64,000 nucleotides of DNA from Promethearchaeota archaeon (GTDB taxonomy: Archaea; Asgardarchaeota; Heimdallarchaeia; Hodarchaeales; Hodarchaeaceae), in contig JBHLMN010000019.1 of the NCBI GenBank assembly GCA_048938105.1, positions 70,021 through 134,020 of the forward strand. Reading direction: 5' to 3'. A model generated the notes under the pieces. It was not told where the DNA came from and did not search any database. It worked only from the letters and a program-made list of their open reading frames with translations. How positions within the stretch are numbered: the stretch's first letter is position 1; every line of letters begins with the position of its first letter. The position numbers and the translations under genes were made by a program. Of the stretch, positions 27,647-37,391 are shown piece after piece.

Positions 27647-28357
27647 ATGTCTAAAGCACTCTATTTAGATGATATGTTACTAAAGGAATTTGAAGCCGAA
27701 GTAATTTCTGTAACGGATGGTAAGTATGTAGTTTTAAATCAAACTGCCTTCTATCCTAAATCAGGTGGCATCGCAAACGATGAAGGAACTCTTACTAGAG
27801 GATCTGATGTTTTCAACGTAGTTTATGTTAGAAAGTTTGGAGGGGCGATATCTCATGAAGTTGATAAGGAAGGACTTCAAGTAGGAGATAAAGTCACTGG
27901 AACATTGGATTGGGATCGACGGTATCATTTGATGAGGTTTCACACCGCAGCTCATGTTTTAAGCGGCGCATTTTATAAGAACTTGGGAGCTAAAATCACA
28001 GGAAACGATATTTCTATCCTTGAGCAAGGACGTATTGATTTTAACCTAGAACACTTCGATCGCTCATTGATCGAGGAGCAGGTAGAAAATAGTAATAAAA
28101 TCATCCAAGAAGATCACCCTGTAGAAGTCTATTACCTCGATCGATCGGAAGTGGAAAAGGATCCTGATTTAGTAAAGCTAGCTATGGGGATTCCTAAAGG
28201 TATTAAGACTATTAGGATTGTTGATATTAAGAATTTTGACCGACAACCTGATGGAGGGTGCCACATCCAATCATTGAAAGAAATTGGTATAATAAGCATC
28301 AAAAAACTCGTGAATAAGGGAAAAAACAATAGAAGACTCTACTTCACCATCGAATGA
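27647..28357 (+). CDS. alaXM: Alanyl-tRNA editing protein AlaX-M
   Basis: TAFYPKSGG, MRFHTAAH, DGGCH, NKGKNNRR. Confidence 0.9.
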   Translation: MSKALYLDDMLLKEFEAEVISVTDGKYVVLNQTAFYPKSGGIANDEGTLTRGSDVFNVVYVRKFGGAISHEVDKEGLQVGDKVTGTLDWDRRYHLMRFHTAAHVLSGAFYKNLGAKITGNDISILEQGRIDFNLEHFDRSLIEEQVENSNKIIQEDHPVEVYYLDRSEVEKDPDLVKLAMGIPKGIKTIRIVDIKNFDRQPDGGCHIQSLKEIGIISIKKLVNKGKNNRRLYFTIE

Positions 28358-28433
28358 ACTTAAAAGCTTACTAGATGATTCAATGAAAGTTAGCATTTTT
28401 AAAAAAAGTGAAATTCGAACTTGATGGTATCTT

Positions 28434-29171
28434 TTATTTTGTTTTAATAGCTTCAATTATTAAAAATGAGTCTCCCTCTTTAAAGGGTGAAAAATGAAAA
28501 TCCCCATACTCATTCTTAATTAAAAAACCAGTCTTATGTAACAATTCATGGATTTTAGTTCGGGTGATAACAAATGCTGATGATGGTTGTTGGATTTTTT
28601 CTATTAATTTTCCCTGTTTGTAGGTTTCATAGACAAGCAAAACTTCTATTATATCATCTGGAAGAGTTTTGGTGCTAATAAACCGTTTATATTCATAATC
28701 CCCTCTTTTAACAGTATCGACAAGTGCTAACGGGGAGTCTTTCATACCCCCAATATAAACATCAAAAATAACTATCCCTCCAGGTTTCAAATGACGATTA
28801 ATGTTCTGAAGCGATGTAACTCTCTCACTGTCAGGTATATGATCAAAGCTACCAGAAAGAAATGCAGCTGGAAATACTTCAGGAAGTTCGAAAGATTGTA
28901 CATCCCCAGTAATCAATGTAATTTTATCAAAGAGATCAGATTGGTGTTTGAGTTTTTGAGAAAATTCATTTCTCATTGCTGGAGAGGGTTCAATACAAAC
29001 AACTCTTACTCCTCTCTTAGCTAAGGGGATCGCAATTCTCCCCGTACCTGCTCCGATATCTAGGATTAAGCCAGCTTCTTTCCCATACTGATAGAAAAAG
29101 TCAATATTATCTTTGTTATCAAATATATCATACAAATGAGCAGCTTTTTCGTAACCTTTATCCACTACCAT
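28434..29171 (-). CDS. Class I SAM-dependent methyltransferase
   Basis: LDIGAGTGR, IEPSPAM, HLKPGG. Confidence 0.88.
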   Translation of the reverse strand: MVVDKGYEKAAHLYDIFDNKDNIDFFYQYGKEAGLILDIGAGTGRIAIPLAKRGVRVVCIEPSPAMRNEFSQKLKHQSDLFDKITLITGDVQSFELPEVFPAAFLSGSFDHIPDSERVTSLQNINRHLKPGGIVIFDVYIGGMKDSPLALVDTVKRGDYEYKRFISTKTLPDDIIEVLLVYETYKQGKLIEKIQQPSSAFVITRTKIHELLHKTGFLIKNEYGDFHFSPFKEGDSFLIIEAIKTK

Positions 29172-29417
29172 ATTTATTCAATTTCCTTAGATTCAAGTAT
29201 CAGAGAAAGGATAATAATAGTGAAATGGAAGAGAAGAAGTAAATCATGAAATTGAGAATGTTTGGTTAAATATAAATTTGGATAAAGGCAATGAATCATA
29301 TTACTGTTGACATATTGTTCAAATAATCATCTTTATTGCTCTCTTAATAGCCTTTTTTGAATATTTCTGTATAAAAAAGATGTAGTTCTTACAACAAACT
29401 CTTTGGTCTGCTTTATT

Positions 29418-30521
29418 ATGCTATCTAGAGAAGGAATTATCCAATTTCTTGCAAATTTGGCGACTCTCTCGGTCTTTACCTATGTTCCTTACTGGGGTCA
29501 TGAAATTGGCCTTTCTGATCCAGAGATTGCCCTCACTGCGTTAATCTATGGCATAATTGCGTTCTCTTCTGGCATTTTTTCTGGTAGACTGTCAGATTTG
29601 GTAGGTGTGAGGAAAATTTTTGTTATCATTGGATCATTTGCTGCAGCAGCAGCTATTATTGGATTAGTTATCCCATATAAATTCGAATTTATCTTTTTCA
29701 GAGGTCTCAGTGGTATTGGAATGGGGATGTTTGCTCCAGCACTTGTTGGTTTAGTATCAGATAAAGGAGATAAGATTGGAAACTTTTCAGCATACGGATC
29801 ATTTGGGTGGGCAGTGGGAGTTCTTGTCAGTGGTATCATTGGTTTATTCTGGATCGAGGGAATTTTCATCTTTGCTTCTCTTTCTTTTTTTGGAGCAGCA
29901 TTAATAGCATTTACTCTTATCGAAGAGAAATCAATCTCTAAAAAATACAAAGATTCTGTTCTTGTGGTTTTTTGGGAACGGAAAGAAGTATTTCTAACTT
30001 TAACTATTCGACATAGCTTTGCTTCAGCGATATGGGTTTTTTGGTCATTATTTCTTATAATCGAATTGGGGGCTAATACTTTTTGGGTTGGAATTATTCA
30101 ATGTTGCAATGGTTTAACTCAAACTATCGTTATGAATACTCTTACTGATAAAATGAACAGTCGAAAAATGATTTCTTTGGGTTTGATTTTATCAAGTATT
30201 TCTTTTATTTCTTTTACAATTCCCCAAACCTTTTGGGGGATTATTCCTCTCCAAGTCATTCTTGGTTTTTCCTGGGCTTTTCTTTATGTGGGAACGTTAC
30301 GCTCTTCTATAGAACACAGTAGTTTTGATAAATCGACAGCTGCAGGGATAATTACTAGCATATTACCTGTTGCAAGTCTCATAGGGTCATTTATTGCATT
30401 AGTCATCACTGCTGTCGGTGGAAGTTACACTGATATCATGCTTGTTGCAACGATTGCCACTCTTATAACCCTAGGTGGATTTCTCCTCACTGAGAGGAGG
30501 TTTAAGATCAGTACTAAATAA
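29418..30521 (+). CDS. MFS transporter
   Basis: Motif A GRLSDLVGVRK, ~12 TM helices. Start set at ATG 29418. Confidence 0.88.
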   Translation: MLSREGIIQFLANLATLSVFTYVPYWGHEIGLSDPEIALTALIYGIIAFSSGIFSGRLSDLVGVRKIFVIIGSFAAAAAIIGLVIPYKFEFIFFRGLSGIGMGMFAPALVGLVSDKGDKIGNFSAYGSFGWAVGVLVSGIIGLFWIEGIFIFASLSFFGAALIAFTLIEEKSISKKYKDSVLVVFWERKEVFLTLTIRHSFASAIWVFWSLFLIIELGANTFWVGIIQCCNGLTQTIVMNTLTDKMNSRKMISLGLILSSISFISFTIPQTFWGIIPLQVILGFSWAFLYVGTLRSSIEHSSFDKSTAAGIITSILPVASLIGSFIALVITAVGGSYTDIMLVATIATLITLGGFLLTERRFKISTK

Positions 30522-30535
30522 AATATTAGAATAAT

Positions 30536-32437
30536 TTAATTCCCTTCTTTCATAGTCGTTGTAAATTCTTTTGCTTTTTCTATATATTCGAGAGATTGGT
30601 GACGAAAATATGTATCATATAGGTTAGCATAATGCCCCCCTAATTGCATCAATTCATCATGATTTCCTTCTTCGACAATTTTTCCATGATCGAGAACAAT
30701 AATACGATTTACATGCCTAACAGTCCACAATCTATGAGCAATTATGATACTTGTTCTTCCTCGTATCGTTTTTTCAAGAGCTTCCTGAATTCTTGTTTCA
30801 GTGAATGGATCTACAGAGGCTGTTGCTTCATCCAAAATGAGAACCGATGGATTTTCCAATAATACTCGAGCTAAAGCTACAAGCTGCCGTTGTCCCATTG
30901 AGAGTAGAGTTCCTCTTTCTCGGATATTTGTATCAAGACCTTCTGGCAAATCTTCAACCCAATTCGCTCCTCCAGCTTGTTCTAAGGCCCAAAGTACCTC
31001 CTCACGACTAGCATCTTGTTTACCATATTTAACATTATTTTCTAAACTATCTCCCCATAGGAAAGGTACTTGATGAATGATCCCAATATGCTTTCTATAT
31101 GCTTGTAAATCGAAATCCTGGATACTTAAGCCATCTAGTAGGATTTCTCCGCCCTGAAATTCATAAAATCGTGCGAGTAACTTTGCTAAACTTGATTTTC
31201 CCGCCCCTGTATGACCAACTATTGCTAACGATTCCCCTGGCTTAATTCTTAACGAAAACTTATCAAAAACTTTTGCTGTTTTAACTTCTCCCTTTTTTTC
31301 ATCTATTTTTTCTTTATTTTGATCCAAAACATCTTTTCCTTTTATGTATGAGAATTCTAAATTATTGAATATGATTTCTCCTTCAATTTTTTCTGGACTA
31401 ATATTATTTTGTTGAACAACAACAGGGGGGGTATCAATTAATGCAAAAATTCGTTCTGAAGCAGCCAAACCTGATTGAAAACTTGGCCAAAATGAAGCAA
31501 TTGTGAAAAGTGGAAAAAAGAAAAGCTGTAGACTCTGTAAGAAGAGGTAAAAATCACCTGCTCTTAAGTCACCGCTTAAAACAGCCCCACCTCCTGAAAT
31601 AATAAGAAGAGCTAAGGCGATTCCTTGAATGGTACCCAAAGCAGGAAAAAGAAAGTTAAACAAATAAGCTCTTTTTCGATTAATTAGATAGGATTGTTGA
31701 TTAACATCCTTGAATTTATTAAAAAGCTTGGTTTCTTGTCGAAAAGTCTTCGCTATTTGAATCCCTGCGAAAGATTCTTGTACAAATGCATTAACCACTG
31801 CAAGTGCCCGTTGCCCTAATAATGTCAATCGACGGGCTATTTTTCTGAAACCCAATGTGATAAGAAAGATAAAAGGTACTAAAGTAAGAACAACCAATGT
31901 TAAAGAGGCATTTATACTGAACATAACCCCAAACATAATAAGAACGAGGAGTAAAGATGAAGCAGTCATCATCAATTGATTTGCTGTTTGACCAAAGTCT
32001 CGAGAATCAGTATTGATCCTTGAAACGATCTTGCCGGTGGGATACTTGTCAAAAAAAGACATATCATGATTTAAAACTGCAGAATTAACGTCTTGACGTA
32101 AATTGAGAACAACATCTCCGATAATTTGAGCACTATAAGTTTGTCGCACATAATTAAACCCCCACCCGAGAGAATTTAATATTAAAGTTATTATTATTAA
32201 GATTAGGATGTAATATTGTTGTTCTGTTATGCTTGTCGTCATTTCAAGCTCATTTATTGCTTCTCTGGAGATAATTGGGATTAAAGAATTCACAATACTT
32301 TGTAAAAATATAAACAATATTACTAAAATCATGATTGTCTTATAAGGGGAGAAATATCGTAATACCCGCTTTACTAAGTCGCGGTCTTTGTAGATTCTAT
32401 CGTATTCCTCTGCACCTAATCCGATTCCGATTCCCAT
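30536..32437 (-). CDS. ABC exporter, fused TMD-NBD (heterodimer subunit)
   Basis: 6 TM plus GHTGAGKS, LSMGQRQ, ILDEATASVD. Confidence 0.92.
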   Translation of the reverse strand: MGIGIGLGAEEYDRIYKDRDLVKRVLRYFSPYKTIMILVILFIFLQSIVNSLIPIISREAINELEMTTSITEQQYYILILIIITLILNSLGWGFNYVRQTYSAQIIGDVVLNLRQDVNSAVLNHDMSFFDKYPTGKIVSRINTDSRDFGQTANQLMMTASSLLLVLIMFGVMFSINASLTLVVLTLVPFIFLITLGFRKIARRLTLLGQRALAVVNAFVQESFAGIQIAKTFRQETKLFNKFKDVNQQSYLINRKRAYLFNFLFPALGTIQGIALALLIISGGGAVLSGDLRAGDFYLFLQSLQLFFFPLFTIASFWPSFQSGLAASERIFALIDTPPVVVQQNNISPEKIEGEIIFNNLEFSYIKGKDVLDQNKEKIDEKKGEVKTAKVFDKFSLRIKPGESLAIVGHTGAGKSSLAKLLARFYEFQGGEILLDGLSIQDFDLQAYRKHIGIIHQVPFLWGDSLENNVKYGKQDASREEVLWALEQAGGANWVEDLPEGLDTNIRERGTLLSMGQRQLVALARVLLENPSVLILDEATASVDPFTETRIQEALEKTIRGRTSIIIAHRLWTVRHVNRIIVLDHGKIVEEGNHDELMQLGGHYANLYDTYFRHQSLEYIEKAKEFTTTMKEGN

Positions 32438-32439
32438 TA

Positions 32440-34272
32440 TTAAACCACTGCCTCCTTCATCAATACCGTCTCATCTAGGTCGAATCTCTTGACAAAAATT
32501 TTTCTGTATTCCTCTGATGTTTCCAGAAGCTTTGAATGAGTCCCCTTAGCAATTATTTCTCCCCTTTTCATTACAAGAATTAGGTCCGCCCATCTGATTT
32601 GACTTAATCGATGCGTAATCAAGAAGGTAGTTCGACCAGAAAATATTTTTGTCATTGCTCTTTGAATTTTGTCTTCCGTATCCGAGTCAATCGCAGAAGT
32701 CGAATCGTCTAATATTAAAATTCGTGGATCAGTTAAAAAGGCTCTAGCTATAGCAATACGTTGTCTTTGTCCCCCACTTAATTGAACTCCACGTTCTCCA
32801 ACCTCACTTTTATATCCGTTTGGTAACTGTTCAATGAAGGTGTCTGCTTGGGCTTCTTTAGCAACCCTCTTTATTTCAGCTAGAGAACTTGTTTGGCCAA
32901 ATGAGATATTTTCTGCTATTGTATCTGAAAATAGAAAAGTATCTTGTTCAATATAAGAAATCTGGTTTCTTAGTGACTCTAATTTCCATTCTTTGATATC
33001 GATATCATCAATTAATATTCGACCCTCGTTTGAATCGTATAATCTCGAGAGGAGTTTTGTAAGTGTTGTTTTTCCAGACCCAGTTGTGCCTACTATAGCT
33101 ATTGTCTGCCCAGGGGTTACTACGAAACTGACAGATGATAAAACATTCTTCTTAGATCCTGGGTATTTAAATGAGACATCTTCAAATTTTATTAACCCAT
33201 TAATGGTTTTATCTACACCATGAATATTTTCATCAATATCAGATTCTTTTTCCATTATATCGAGTAGACGCTCTGCTCCTGATACAGCCAATCTGATTAA
33301 TGCAAAAACCCAGATCGATATAAAGGTCGGAAATCTCAGATTAGAGATTAACCCGACATATGAGATAATCATCCCCACAGACATTTGTTTTTGAAAGAAT
33401 AGTATTATTCCATGTCCTAATCCAAGAGTTACTGCAAATCCAATTAATAACAAAGGTAGATATTTTGCCTGGATTTTTCCTTGAAGTACAAAAGCATCCC
33501 GATAACCTTGAGCATTTGTAAGGTAACGATTCATTTCATAATTTTCTGATGTGCTCCCCTTGACAACTTCTATACCAGAAAGAGTCTCATTTAGTATTGC
33601 ATTCATTTGTCCGAATTCAGATCGCAATTGGTCACTAACGGGTCCCAGCTTTCTCGTGTATCCTCTTAAAGTAATTAAAAAAAGTATAGTGAATAAAATA
33701 GGAGTTAGTAGGAGTTCTGAAGGATAAAAAAGTACAATAAATACTAGTGGTGTAATCAAATTCATGAATGATTCAAATAACAAAGAAAGGCCAGGACTGA
33801 TCATGAAATTTAACATTCGGACATCGTTTGTTGCTCGTGCCATGATGTCTCCAATTCGTTGAGAGTCATGGAATGATTGGCTTTTTCCAAGTAAATTGAC
33901 ATAAAATTCATGACGTGCTTCCCTCTCCATTCTTTGTGCTAGTGTTTCTCGAATGAGGTTTGTTATCAGATTAAGCAGTGGTGATCCAACAGCAAAGATA
34001 ATAAATAATAAAGAATATGCTATTAGATTTGAATCATCTCCAGCCGCGAACTCATCTAAAGCTATTCCTATGATAACCATCAAGCCAGAATTTAATATAG
34101 CCGTTAATATGGTGCCTATGAAGATAGCTAACACAATAAATTTATTGGAGCCAACCAACATATGGGCAATAATCCATTGATAAGCCCCCTTCCGTCGTGT
34201 CCTTACAAATTTGTCTATTTCAGGTGAAAATTCAACTTTTTGATTTACTTGGAAGTTGGCTCTTTCTGACAT
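32440..34272 (-). CDS. ABC exporter, fused TMD-NBD (degenerate-site subunit)
   Basis: 6 TM plus GTTGSGKT, LSGGQRQ, ILDDSTS; Walker B D instead of E, typical of heterodimeric exporters. Confidence 0.92.
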   Translation of the reverse strand: MSERANFQVNQKVEFSPEIDKFVRTRRKGAYQWIIAHMLVGSNKFIVLAIFIGTILTAILNSGLMVIIGIALDEFAAGDDSNLIAYSLLFIIFAVGSPLLNLITNLIRETLAQRMEREARHEFYVNLLGKSQSFHDSQRIGDIMARATNDVRMLNFMISPGLSLLFESFMNLITPLVFIVLFYPSELLLTPILFTILFLITLRGYTRKLGPVSDQLRSEFGQMNAILNETLSGIEVVKGSTSENYEMNRYLTNAQGYRDAFVLQGKIQAKYLPLLLIGFAVTLGLGHGIILFFQKQMSVGMIISYVGLISNLRFPTFISIWVFALIRLAVSGAERLLDIMEKESDIDENIHGVDKTINGLIKFEDVSFKYPGSKKNVLSSVSFVVTPGQTIAIVGTTGSGKTTLTKLLSRLYDSNEGRILIDDIDIKEWKLESLRNQISYIEQDTFLFSDTIAENISFGQTSSLAEIKRVAKEAQADTFIEQLPNGYKSEVGERGVQLSGGQRQRIAIARAFLTDPRILILDDSTSAIDSDTEDKIQRAMTKIFSGRTTFLITHRLSQIRWADLILVMKRGEIIAKGTHSKLLETSEEYRKIFVKRFDLDETVLMKEAVV

Positions 34273-34396
34273 ATTATTTATCCTCCTACTCTCTTTCTTT
34301 GGTCACACATCAGAAAGAGATTGAAAATATTGACCCCTTATTAATTTAAGGCGAATGAGATCTATTCTCATATCTGTATCTGATCATCTTTATGAT

Positions 34397-35134
34397 TTAA
34401 GTTCTCAAATTCCAATTAATTCTTCTTGGATTATATCTAGGTTTTATAATAATCTCTGCAGTATTTACATTTTCTGATTCAGAAGTTAGATAGTAACATG
34501 CATAAGCTACATCTTCAGGTTCCATACTCCAATCTACTTTTTCAGGTTTTTTTCCACCAAAACCTGTAACTACACTACCTGGACACACAACTGATACTTT
34601 TATCTGGTATTCCTTCAGATCTTCTCTAAGTGACCATGTATAACCGACAATGGCATGTTTAGATGCAGCATACAATGTCCCTGTTTTAAATCCATTTTTA
34701 CCCGCAATACTAGCAATATTAATGATTTGACCTGATTTCCGTGCCACCATATGGGGAACAACATATTTAGTAACGAGAAATACTCCCTTGACATTAACAT
34801 CAAACATATAATAATAATCATCTAATGTAAATTCATCAGCTCGTTTATATCGTGCTACTCCCGCGTTATTGATTAAAATATCAACTTTTCCAAACTGATC
34901 AATTGTTTTATGGACTAAAACTTTAACCTGTTCTTCATTAGTTACATCAGTGGGAATAATTACAGATCTACCTTTGTTTAATTCTTTAATTTTTTGATGT
35001 ACTTGTTCTAATTGGTTTTTACTCCGTGCTGCCAAAACTACGTCTATATTATTGATGGCAAAGTTAAGACTAATGGCTTTACCAATCCCTTTTGACGCAC
35101 CTGTGATAATTGCAGTCTTTCGTATATTCTTCAT
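34397..35134 (-). CDS. Short-chain dehydrogenase/reductase
   Basis: TGASKGIG, NNAG, YAASK. Confidence 0.92.
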   Translation of the reverse strand: MKNIRKTAIITGASKGIGKAISLNFAINNIDVVLAARSKNQLEQVHQKIKELNKGRSVIIPTDVTNEEQVKVLVHKTIDQFGKVDILINNAGVARYKRADEFTLDDYYYMFDVNVKGVFLVTKYVVPHMVARKSGQIINIASIAGKNGFKTGTLYAASKHAIVGYTWSLREDLKEYQIKVSVVCPGSVVTGFGGKKPEKVDWSMEPEDVAYACYYLTSESENVNTAEIIIKPRYNPRRINWNLRT

Positions 35135-35242
35135 TGGTTATTTCACCATTTAAAGGGAAGAGACTTAATGAAGAAAAGAGGCCCCCTAACAAAATCGTTA
35201 TCTAATTTTCTTCCTCTTTTCTTCTACTCGAGGAACAGACCC

Positions 35243-35674
35243 ATGGATGATTCTTTCACAATTGATATCAAAAAAACTGGGCCAATCCAGTTCACAACAA
35301 CTTTCGATAAAGATTTTCCCGAATTATTGTTTGACGAAGATAAATCAGTGGGGGGAGAGGAAAAATATCCAAATCCTTCAAGAGTTTTAGTTTCTGCTGT
35401 GGCGGCATGTCTTTCAGCTTCGCTCACCTTATGTCTAAATAAAGCAAGGATCCCAGTAGACGAGATGCACACTAAAGCAACATACACAATAGTACAGAAT
35501 GAAGAAGGTTATCAACGAATCTCTCAAATTGACGTCAAAATTATCCCAAAGTGGCATTCAGAGATTAATATGAAAAAGAAAACTCGTTGTACTAAGATTT
35601 TCAAGAATTTATGTATAGCAACCAATGCGGTAATTAATGCAGTTCCTGTCAATGTTGATATCCAATTAGAGTGA
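35243..35674 (+). CDS. OsmC family protein
   Basis: NP...AVAAC and a second Cys in LCIAT. Start set at ATG 35243. Confidence 0.8.
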   Translation: MDDSFTIDIKKTGPIQFTTTFDKDFPELLFDEDKSVGGEEKYPNPSRVLVSAVAACLSASLTLCLNKARIPVDEMHTKATYTIVQNEEGYQRISQIDVKIIPKWHSEINMKKKTRCTKIFKNLCIATNAVINAVPVNVDIQLE

Positions 35675-35716
35675 AGGTTATCACATATGATACAAATTCT
35701 CTTGTGTATTCTATAA

Positions 35717-36586
35717 CTAGACTTCTTTCATTTCCACTTTTTTACCTATTGCAGCATCATAATAGATTTTTCTTGGAGTACTTTCAAAGACTCCGTTTGG
35801 GCAACGTTCAACGCAAAGATTGCATCCAATGCACTTTTCTTGATCTATTTTAGTTATTTGATTACCAGGTTTCTTATCAATGGCTTTCGCATAGCACGTT
35901 TGCAGACAAATATCGCAGTCTGGATCACACCTATCAGGATTAACCGCCTGACTTATTGAAAAGGATGGTAAAAGGCCCCACCTTATTTCTGGGGTGTAGA
36001 GACCAGCGCAAAATTGATCACAGTTACAAATGCAATCAACTTTTGGTCTTAATCCCCATAATACAGTCCCATAATGCCCGAGTTTTCGTTTTTCAATTAC
36101 CATTTCTCTTGCTTCATCTAGATCTATGTATCTACCTTGTCCTTTGCCTTTCATATGCTTTTTCCGATTAAATGTGGCGTTATGATTAAGAAAGATACAT
36201 CGTAAATCCTCTCCCCCTCCTGCAGACTTTTTACAAGAGCAATAGGAAAGATAGACGTCTTGTGCATTATCTAATACTTGCATCATTTCATCAAGAGAAG
36301 TAACTACTTGTCCTCCGAGAAAATTTCGGGCAAAATAGTTGTAGAAAGCTTTTTTCAAACCAGTATAAGGTTTCCTGTTTATGCCTCCTGACTCTGCAAT
36401 ATCTGTTGTTGTTCCATCCACAAATCCTTGTAATTTCGGAGAATAAAAATCATACCAAAGTTCACGGAATCGGCCTGGAAGAATCTTTAGAAACCTTCCA
36501 GATCGAATATCATAAGAATCCTTTTGAAGATACCAAGCCTTTCGAGTATGTTCAAAACAGTATTTACACATAGTGAAACCATCCAT
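35717..36586 (-). CDS. 4Fe-4S ferredoxin-domain protein
   Basis: CKYC..H, CSCK, ICNCDQFC and two C-terminal ferredoxin motifs (CDPDCDICLQTC, CIGCNLCVERCP). Confidence 0.82.
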   Translation of the reverse strand: MDGFTMCKYCFEHTRKAWYLQKDSYDIRSGRFLKILPGRFRELWYDFYSPKLQGFVDGTTTDIAESGGINRKPYTGLKKAFYNYFARNFLGGQVVTSLDEMMQVLDNAQDVYLSYCSCKKSAGGGEDLRCIFLNHNATFNRKKHMKGKGQGRYIDLDEAREMVIEKRKLGHYGTVLWGLRPKVDCICNCDQFCAGLYTPEIRWGLLPSFSISQAVNPDRCDPDCDICLQTCYAKAIDKKPGNQITKIDQEKCIGCNLCVERCPNGVFESTPRKIYYDAAIGKKVEMKEV

Positions 36587-36615
36587 ACATTTAGAATTTC
36601 ATTATCTATTTCAAT

Positions 36616-37368
36616 CTATCGACTAGCTAATCCTCCTGCAATTTCACCTCCATCAATCACAAAGCATTGTCCAGTAATGAATTGTGCTTCATCAGAAGCA
36701 AGAAATGCAAAGAGTGCTGCTACTTCTTCTGGTTGGCCAAGCCTACCTAGGGGGATTTTACTTTCACATTCATGCAGCATATCAGGTGTGTATTCTGCTT
36801 TCTGCATTGGTGTTAAAATGTAACCAGGGCAGATGACATTTACACGTACTGTAGGGGCTAATTCTAACGCCATTGACCGTGTTAGTTCAATAACCCCTGC
36901 TTTTGAGGAGTTGTAATCAGCGTAATAGGGATAACCCATCATACCATTTGTCGAACCCATGTTTAGAATAACACCATTTCCTTGCATCAACATTTTTTGA
37001 GCTGCCTGCTGGGCTACAAAGAACATACCATTAAGGTTCACATCTATTACACTCCGCCATTCTTCAGGAGTTATTTCCATAAAGGGATGTCTAATACTGA
37101 TTCCAGCATTGTTGATCAGAATATCTAATCCTTTAAACAAATCATCTAACTCGTTGAAAGCACGGATAACAGCTTCGTGATTCGAGACATCAGCACAAAT
37201 AGTGCCACTAAGTGCTGGTAATTCATCTTTAATTCGCTGACAAGCCTCACCATCAATATCCAAAACAACAACGCGCGCGTCTTCATTTAGGAAGCGCGAA
37301 GCTGTTGCTGCACCGATTCCCCTCGCTCCTCCAGTGATGAGAACTCGTTTATCTTTTAATCCACGCAT
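36616..37368 (-). CDS. Short-chain dehydrogenase/reductase (FabG-like)
   Basis: TGGARGIG, NNAG, YNSSK, FITGQ..VIDGG. Confidence 0.92.
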   Translation of the reverse strand: MRGLKDKRVLITGGARGIGAATASRFLNEDARVVVLDIDGEACQRIKDELPALSGTICADVSNHEAVIRAFNELDDLFKGLDILINNAGISIRHPFMEITPEEWRSVIDVNLNGMFFVAQQAAQKMLMQGNGVILNMGSTNGMMGYPYYADYNSSKAGVIELTRSMALELAPTVRVNVICPGYILTPMQKAEYTPDMLHECESKIPLGRLGQPEEVAALFAFLASDEAQFITGQCFVIDGGEIAGGLASR

Positions 37369-37391
37369 GATATTTTCCTAATCCTTATGTT

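Noticed and set aside
32690-32790. Walker B 'LDD' in one ABC exporter subunit as a sign of inactivation
   Set aside because: This is the normal degenerate nucleotide site of heterodimeric ABC exporters.
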